Below are positions 58,027 to 64,000 of a stretch of 64,000 nt of DNA, one piece after another. The first letter of the stretch is position 1; each line of letters starts with the position of its first letter. This stretch comes from a virus. Its lineage: Duplodnaviria > Caudoviricetes. Where the stretch lies: IMG/VR virus record IMGVR_UViG_3300024346_000005, one strand, 5' to 3'. The notes below the pieces were generated by a model, which was not told the origin of the DNA, made no database searches, and was given only the letters and a program-made list of their open reading frames with translations. The position numbers and the translations under genes are program-made.

Positions 58027-60921
58027 ATGTCAACTCCCATAAGGATTAAAAGATCTGCTGTGCCTGGCAAAAGGCCAACAGCAGGTCAACTCTTAAGTGC
58101 TGAATTAGCATACAATACTTATGATGGCGAACTGACTGCCAAGAGAGAGCGTCCTGGAATAGGTACGGATATTATCCGCATTGGTGCCGGAACAACAGTT
58201 ACAAATATCATTTATGTCACAAAAGACGGAAACGACACAAACACAGGACTCAAACTTGGAGATGCCAAAAAAACAATCGGAGCAGCACTCACACAGGCAA
58301 CAACAGGATCAGTTATTAAAGTTAGTGCCGGAACTTATATAGAAAATAATCCCCTAACCATTCCAGAACAAGTCTCAGTTGTCGGTGATAGTTTAAGAGA
58401 AGTATCGGTATCACCACAAAACCCAGATAAAGATTTGTTCTATGTAGAAAATGGGGTTTATGTTGCAGAGATGTCTTATACAGGAACGATGGATCCTGGT
58501 GGGGCAATATTTTCTTTTAATCCAGATCAAATAGGATATTTCGACCAATCACCTTATGTTCAGAACGGAACCAATTTTATTCCCGGAAGTATTGGAATGA
58601 GAATTGATGGTTCTAAGGCAATTGGACCAACTAAGAGTATGGTTCTTGACTCTTATACTCAATACAATCAAGGTGGTATTGGAATCTCAATTACGAATGA
58701 GGGATATGCACAGTTAGTTTCTCTCTTTACAATTTGTAGTGATATTGCAGTGTTCTGTGGAACAGGTGCTGCTTGTGATCTTACAAACTCTAACTCATCA
58801 TTCGGCACTTACGGATTAGTTGCCGATGGTGTAGGTCCTCTTAAATATACCGGAATCATTACAGGTTCTCCATCATCAATAAATGATGATACTTTTACGG
58901 TAGATTTAAGTGTTCCGACTCTCAATATTACAAATGCACTTTATGATAATACAACTGGTCTTTTAACCGCATACACAAGTACCCCTCATCAATTCTCAGT
59001 TGGAATGGGAATCACTCTTGCCGGACTTGGATTTACTTGTCCTTATGAACCAGGAATTAGATACTATCCAAGTGGTCAAAATGGATATGTATTTGATACA
59101 AAGACTGTTGCACCTGGAAGATATTATGATGCTTATAATTTGATACAGGCAAACAAGCAGGAGATTCAGGATAAGTCTCTGGCAGCAATTGCAATCAATC
59201 ATCCCGATTTTTATTTTCCTGGTGATTCGCAAACAAATTCTAGATCTAGGTATTATGATTCTTATCGCCTGATTCAAAATAATAGGAGTGTAATTGTTGG
59301 AACTGCCTGGACGAATACTTATAATGTTTATCCGGGCATTTCAACCACAATGGATAAGTGCAAAAGGGATATTGGATATTTTGTTGATGCAGTTTCCACA
59401 GATGTTTTCACTGGCGGCAATCATTATGTTAGGGAATTTGTAAGACAATATTTTAATGCAAATGGAAATCCTATTAGTAATGGATTGGTTGGTGAAGTAA
59501 ATGAATCCATTTATGCTTTTAATCAGTCAAGAAATTTAATGAAACAGGCAATTACAAATTCTCTTGTAGGTGCTGCTTATTCTGATTTAACAATTTCGAC
59601 AGGAACTTCTACTTATAATGGTGGAGGTACTACTTATGCAAATACTGATCCTTTGGCATGTTCTGATGTTCAATCTAATATTGATAATCTAGTCGGTATT
59701 GTTACGACAGTTATTGGTGCCGGAAGTTTGATAAGTATTTCTAGTTCTGATAATTACGGAACATTTACAACAGGTGGAAACAAGTGCTATAGAGATATTG
59801 GATACTTGGTCGATGCAGTTTCTCTAGATGTAAGAGACTATACGAATAAAAATACTCGTAATTTTATTAAAGGATACTTTAATATAAATGGTGATCCTTT
59901 AATAAATGGACTTGTAGGGGAAGTTGCAGAATCCATTTCAGCATTTAATGGAGTTAGAGATTATTCCAAAAAAGCAATTACGAACCAGTTGAATGCTCAG
60001 GACCTAACTATTGTCGGAGATCCTACAAATACTGATCCTGCATCTTGTGCAAATGTTCAGACATTTATTGATAATCTTATTGGTGCAGTTACTTCTAGTT
60101 CTGTTGGAGTTGCCACAAGTAAATTGAATCTAACGGCAGTTTCGATGGCAAGCACCGTATTTACTTGCAATATTGGTATTGCTACTCAAGCACATTATTA
60201 TAATTCTGGCGGAACCGCAAAGATTAGTGTCATTCGTCCTTTTGATGGCCAGATAATTTATTTTGGTGATTTATATTATACAGTCTCTAAGATTATAGTT
60301 GGATCTGGAGGAACCGGATATACCTCTCAACCAACAGTTACGATTGCAGACCCTGATACAAGTTGGGGAGTCACGGCACAAGCAGTATCAAATATTTCTA
60401 ATGGTTCAGTAACCAGTTTTGATCTTATCTCAAGTGGTAGGGGATATACGTCAGTTCCTAAGGTTACAATTAGTTCGCCTGATGTTGGGATAAATACAGC
60501 AACGGCAACGACAATTTTATTACAATCTTATTATCCAATTCTTAGTTCGTCTCCAATCTCTGCCGGAATCTGCACAGTTACTATCAGTGAAAACATTCCT
60601 TATGTAGTAAGCCCCGGAACAGAAGTTCCATTTTATAAGCAAAGTAGAGTTCTTGCATCTGGTCATTCATTTGAGTATATTGGTTCTGGAAATGAAATTG
60701 CAAAAGCACTACCGGCAACCGGTGGAGTTGCAATTCAAGATAATGAAGTTGATATTAGAAATGGTGGATTGGTTGTTTATACCAGCACTGATCAGTCTGG
60801 TAACTTTAGGATTGGTGAAGGTGTTGTGGTGAATCAACAATCGGGAACTATTTCTGGATCATTCTATTCTAAGAGTTTATTTTCAACCGTAACACCATTC
60901 ATTCTAGCACTAGGAGGATAA
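58027..60921 (+). CDS. large virion/tail-fibre-associated protein with a beta-helix-like N-terminal region and internal repeats
   Basis: IYVTKDGND.NTG...KKTI.AAL; duplicated KC.RDIGY.VDAV...GLVGEV.ES domain; TATAAATA at 57968. Confidence 0.75.
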   Translation: MSTPIRIKRSAVPGKRPTAGQLLSAELAYNTYDGELTAKRERPGIGTDIIRIGAGTTVTNIIYVTKDGNDTNTGLKLGDAKKTIGAALTQATTGSVIKVSAGTYIENNPLTIPEQVSVVGDSLREVSVSPQNPDKDLFYVENGVYVAEMSYTGTMDPGGAIFSFNPDQIGYFDQSPYVQNGTNFIPGSIGMRIDGSKAIGPTKSMVLDSYTQYNQGGIGISITNEGYAQLVSLFTICSDIAVFCGTGAACDLTNSNSSFGTYGLVADGVGPLKYTGIITGSPSSINDDTFTVDLSVPTLNITNALYDNTTGLLTAYTSTPHQFSVGMGITLAGLGFTCPYEPGIRYYPSGQNGYVFDTKTVAPGRYYDAYNLIQANKQEIQDKSLAAIAINHPDFYFPGDSQTNSRSRYYDSYRLIQNNRSVIVGTAWTNTYNVYPGISTTMDKCKRDIGYFVDAVSTDVFTGGNHYVREFVRQYFNANGNPISNGLVGEVNESIYAFNQSRNLMKQAITNSLVGAAYSDLTISTGTSTYNGGGTTYANTDPLACSDVQSNIDNLVGIVTTVIGAGSLISISSSDNYGTFTTGGNKCYRDIGYLVDAVSLDVRDYTNKNTRNFIKGYFNINGDPLINGLVGEVAESISAFNGVRDYSKKAITNQLNAQDLTIVGDPTNTDPASCANVQTFIDNLIGAVTSSSVGVATSKLNLTAVSMASTVFTCNIGIATQAHYYNSGGTAKISVIRPFDGQIIYFGDLYYTVSKIIVGSGGTGYTSQPTVTIADPDTSWGVTAQAVSNISNGSVTSFDLISSGRGYTSVPKVTISSPDVGINTATATTILLQSYYPILSSSPISAGICTVTISENIPYVVSPGTEVPFYKQSRVLASGHSFEYIGSGNEIAKALPATGGVAIQDNEVDIRNGGLVVYTSTDQSGNFRIGEGVVVNQQSGTISGSFYSKSLFSTVTPFILALGG

Positions 60922-60927
60922 TTAAAA

Positions 60928-61269
60928 ATGGCATTACCATTAAATGTATTCAAGACAGTTACAAAAGTAGCAACAACAAATCCAGTCGGTATTTATACGG
61001 CACCTGTTGGATATACTGGTGTTGTGCTTTTGGCACAAATTGCAAATGTTGATTCTAATACTCATACAATTTCATTTTCTCATCGAAGAACGACTGTCGG
61101 TATTGCAGTTACCACTGAAATCGTAAAACAATTTCCTGTTCAAGGAAATGATTCTGTTTCTTTAATTCAAGGAAAACTGACTTTAGAATCTGGTGATGTT
61201 CTTGTTTTATCTGCAAGTAACAGTTCTAATATTAAATTTATTGGAAGCATTCTAGAGACACTCAACTAA
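60928..61269 (+). CDS. putative virion structural protein
   Basis: MALPLNVFKT...GKL.LESGD.L...SILETLN; in the structural operon. Confidence 0.65.
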   Translation: MALPLNVFKTVTKVATTNPVGIYTAPVGYTGVVLLAQIANVDSNTHTISFSHRRTTVGIAVTTEIVKQFPVQGNDSVSLIQGKLTLESGDVLVLSASNSSNIKFIGSILETLN

Positions 61270-61270
61270 A

Positions 61271-63262
61271 ATGGCAAAATATATTAGCGACCGCCAAAGA
61301 AATCTTAAGATTGGTATTACTTCTTATACTGAAAATTTAACAGTATTGGAAGTTACTGGTGGTGCTTATATTTCCAGTTATGTTGGAATAGGAACTACAA
61401 ATCCAACACAATCTCTACACATTCAGGGTAGTGCAAGACTTACTGGTGCCCTTTATGATAGTACTAATGTAGCAGGAAATTCGGGTCAGGTACTTCAAAC
61501 AACTGGTAGCGGTATTATATGGTCTAATGCTTCTGATGTTGGTATATTAACTTATGTCGATAGATCTGGTATAGCAACCTTTGCAACCAATGCCGGTATA
61601 GCAACCTTTGCTACTAGTGCCGGTATAGCAACTTATGCTGATAGAGCTGGTATAGCAACCTATGCTGATAGAGCTGGTATAGCAACCTTTGCAACTAGTG
61701 CCGGTATATCAACCTTTGCAACCAATGCTGGTATATCAACCTTTGCTACTATTGCCGGTATAGCAACCTTTGCAACCAATGCTGGTATATCAACCTTTGC
61801 TGATAGAGCTGGTATAGCAACCTTTGCAACCAATGCTGGTATAGCAACCTTTGCTACTAATGCCGGTATAGCAACCTTTGCAACCAATGCTGGTATATCA
61901 ACCTTTGCTACTAATGCCGGTATAGCAACCTTTGCAACCAATGCTGGTATATCAACCTTTGCAACCAATGCTGGTATATCAACCTTTGCAACCAATGCTG
62001 GTATATCAACCTTTGCAACTATTGCCGGTATATCAACCTTTGCAACTATTGCCGGTATATCAACCTTTACATCAGAATGGATTTTAGGTGCTGTTGGAAG
62101 TTCAGATTACACCTTCACTGGACCTGGATTTACTGGTGCAGAATCTGATCCAGTATTATATTTGGTAAGGGGACAACAATATAAGTTTACGAATACAATG
62201 GGTGCTCATCCATTTAGGATTCAAAGCACTCCAAATGGTTCTGTTGGAACTCAATACGATGATGGTATTCCAAGCAATAATATCTCTAACGGAACACTAA
62301 CTTGGAATGTTCAATTTGATGCACCGGGTATTCTGTATTATCAATGCACTGCTCACGGATCTATGGGTGGTAAGATTTATATTATTGATGCTGGTATAGG
62401 ACCTGATGTAAGCGTTAATACTACTGGAATTATTACGGCATCAAGTTTTGTTGGTAACGCTTCGAGTGCTACCTTTGCAACCAATGCCGGTATAGCAACT
62501 TATGCTGATAGAGCTGGTATAGCAACCTTTGCTACTAATGCTGGTATAGCAACTTATGCTGATAGAGCTGGTATAGCAACCTTTGCTACTAATGCCGGTA
62601 TATCAACCTTTGCAACCAATGCCGGAGTTTCTACATCGGTCATAGGCGGTATTGGTTCCATTACGGGACTTTATGTATCTGGAATTAGTACATTAGGAAC
62701 AGTACTAATTTCTTCTGGTATTGTAACTGCCACCATAGGTATCGTAACTTATTATGGTGATGGTTCTAAATTAATTAATATTAATGCATCATCTATTACC
62801 GGAACACTTGATTATGCCAATAATTCTGGAGTTTCTACATCGGTCATAGGCGGTATTGGTTCCATTACGGGACTTTATGTATCTGGAATTAGTACATTAG
62901 GAACAGTACTAATTTCTTCTGGTATTGTAACTGCCACCATAGGTATCGTAACTTATTATGGTGATGGTTCTAAACTAACTGGAATACAGACTTCTGGTGT
63001 GGTGTCAGTAATCAATCAAGATCCAAATACTCCTATAGTATATCCAACACTAGTAAATAGTGTTGGAGTATCAAGTCTTGGTATTTCTACAACTAAATTG
63101 TCGTTTATTCCTTCTAGCGGAAAACTTGGATTGGGGACAGTAACACCAAGAGAAAATCTTGATGTAATTGGAACTATTGGTATTCAATCTGCCGGTACTT
63201 CTAATCGTTTTTATCTTCAACATAATTCATCCGAAAATTCACTTGATTTTATATTTGTATGA
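61271..63262 (+). CDS. tail-fibre-like protein with nonapeptide repeats and a cupredoxin-like domain
   Basis: VGIGTTNP...LHIQG, GI[AS]T[FY]A[TD][NSIR]A repeats, GAHPF...YYQCTAHGSM. Confidence 0.8.
   Translation: MAKYISDRQRNLKIGITSYTENLTVLEVTGGAYISSYVGIGTTNPTQSLHIQGSARLTGALYDSTNVAGNSGQVLQTTGSGIIWSNASDVGILTYVDRSGIATFATNAGIATFATSAGIATYADRAGIATYADRAGIATFATSAGISTFATNAGISTFATIAGIATFATNAGISTFADRAGIATFATNAGIATFATNAGIATFATNAGISTFATNAGIATFATNAGISTFATNAGISTFATNAGISTFATIAGISTFATIAGISTFTSEWILGAVGSSDYTFTGPGFTGAESDPVLYLVRGQQYKFTNTMGAHPFRIQSTPNGSVGTQYDDGIPSNNISNGTLTWNVQFDAPGILYYQCTAHGSMGGKIYIIDAGIGPDVSVNTTGIITASSFVGNASSATFATNAGIATYADRAGIATFATNAGIATYADRAGIATFATNAGISTFATNAGVSTSVIGGIGSITGLYVSGISTLGTVLISSGIVTATIGIVTYYGDGSKLININASSITGTLDYANNSGVSTSVIGGIGSITGLYVSGISTLGTVLISSGIVTATIGIVTYYGDGSKLTGIQTSGVVSVINQDPNTPIVYPTLVNSVGVSSLGISTTKLSFIPSSGKLGLGTVTPRENLDVIGTIGIQSAGTSNRFYLQHNSSENSLDFIFV
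61568..62068 (+). repeat. 27-nt coding tandem repeat, 18 full units plus a partial
   Basis: Consensus GGTATAGCAACCTTTGCAACCAATGCY; 501 nt. Confidence 0.95.
62468..62623 (+). repeat. second array of the 27-nt repeat (about 5.8 units)
   Basis: Same unit, downstream of the cupredoxin-like domain. Confidence 0.95.
62624..62974 (+). repeat. 147-nt direct duplication (62624-62770 and 62828-62974)
   Basis: Both copies encode GVSTSVIGGIG...YYGDGSK and appear identical at DNA level. Confidence 0.9.
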
Positions 63263-64000
63263 TTAATACCGTAGGAAGACTAAAATCTAATGGGGTAATG
63301 CAAGTTTATGATATAATTGATGAACTTTCTTATCCAGATAAAAATGTTGGAATCACCACAAATGGAATATTGTACGCATCCTTATTTGATGAAAACGTAT
63401 CTTCCAACATGCAATCTAATACTCCATTAAGAATCACGGGTGATAGAAAAGTATTAGTATATAATTATTTTGATGAAAGAACATTATCTCTTAACAATGA
63501 TATATTTGCTAGTTTGATATCCTTATCGTATTCTTTAAATGCAATTACTTCAGTTACTAATACTGATTTTAAAAACGTTCAAAGTACAATTCAATCATCT
63601 AATCCAGCATTTAATGTTTTTGCCGTAGCAACAAAAAATAATAATTCCGAAGAACTTCAAGGTAATAGTAGTTCAACTGGAAAATATAGTTTTACCGGTA
63701 CTGGATTTGTATATAATAGTTCTAATTCTAATTTTCTTTCTACTGGAAATGAAATTATAGATATGAATACTGGAATAAATTATGGATTGCCTGAAATTGA
63801 CGGAAAAAAGTGGATGGCAGCAGCAATATATGATGGAACAACAAATGGATTTCGTGGTATTTTATTGTGGGTATTTACAAATGATACGATTGATATTTTA
63901 AACAATATAGAAATTGATGGAAAAAAAGTAACTTCTACCAGAACTATTTTTTATCCAACATTAAATCCATTGGAATATATGAGTGTATATCAAGTTGTAA
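63259..64000 (+). CDS. Asn/Ser-rich putative structural protein, truncated by the window end
   Basis: ATGA overlap with the previous gene; frame open to base 64000. Confidence 0.7.
   Translation, partial: MINTVGRLKSNGVMQVYDIIDELSYPDKNVGITTNGILYASLFDENVSSNMQSNTPLRITGDRKVLVYNYFDERTLSLNNDIFASLISLSYSLNAITSVTNTDFKNVQSTIQSSNPAFNVFAVATKNNNSEELQGNSSSTGKYSFTGTGFVYNSSNSNFLSTGNEIIDMNTGINYGLPEIDGKKWMAAAIYDGTTNGFRGILLWVFTNDTIDILNNIEIDGKKVTSTRTIFYPTLNPLEYMSVYQVV

Noticed and set aside
61660-61995. Minus-strand 111-aa repeat ORF (VAKVDIPAL)n
   Set aside because: It is the stop-free antisense shadow of the 27-nt coding repeat; no start context seen

Overview
A 64-kb segment of an AT-rich T4-like cyanophage genome. 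The gene content (psbA, two hli genes, pstS, a cyanobacterial porin) points to a Kyanoviridae-type myovirus with a cyanobacterial host. In order, it holds: (1) the T4 replication module (gp45, gp44, Dam, gp62, regA, hsp20, gp43, uvsX, gp41, mazG, gp61, nrdA, nrdB); (2) late-promoter-driven modular low-complexity proteins; (3) a cell-wall hydrolase block with a short inverted operon; (4) a tRNA cluster interleaved with structured spacers, an HNH gene, a porin, pstS and dps; (5) a ~12.4-kb glycosyltransferase/methyltransferase island headed by a manA-like structured RNA; (6) psbA split by three group I introns, the first carrying an HNH ORF, followed by a free-standing EndoVII-family nuclease; (7) tail-fibre-like genes with 27-nt tandem repeats. 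All calls come from reading the sequence and recognising motifs; no database search or folding program was run.
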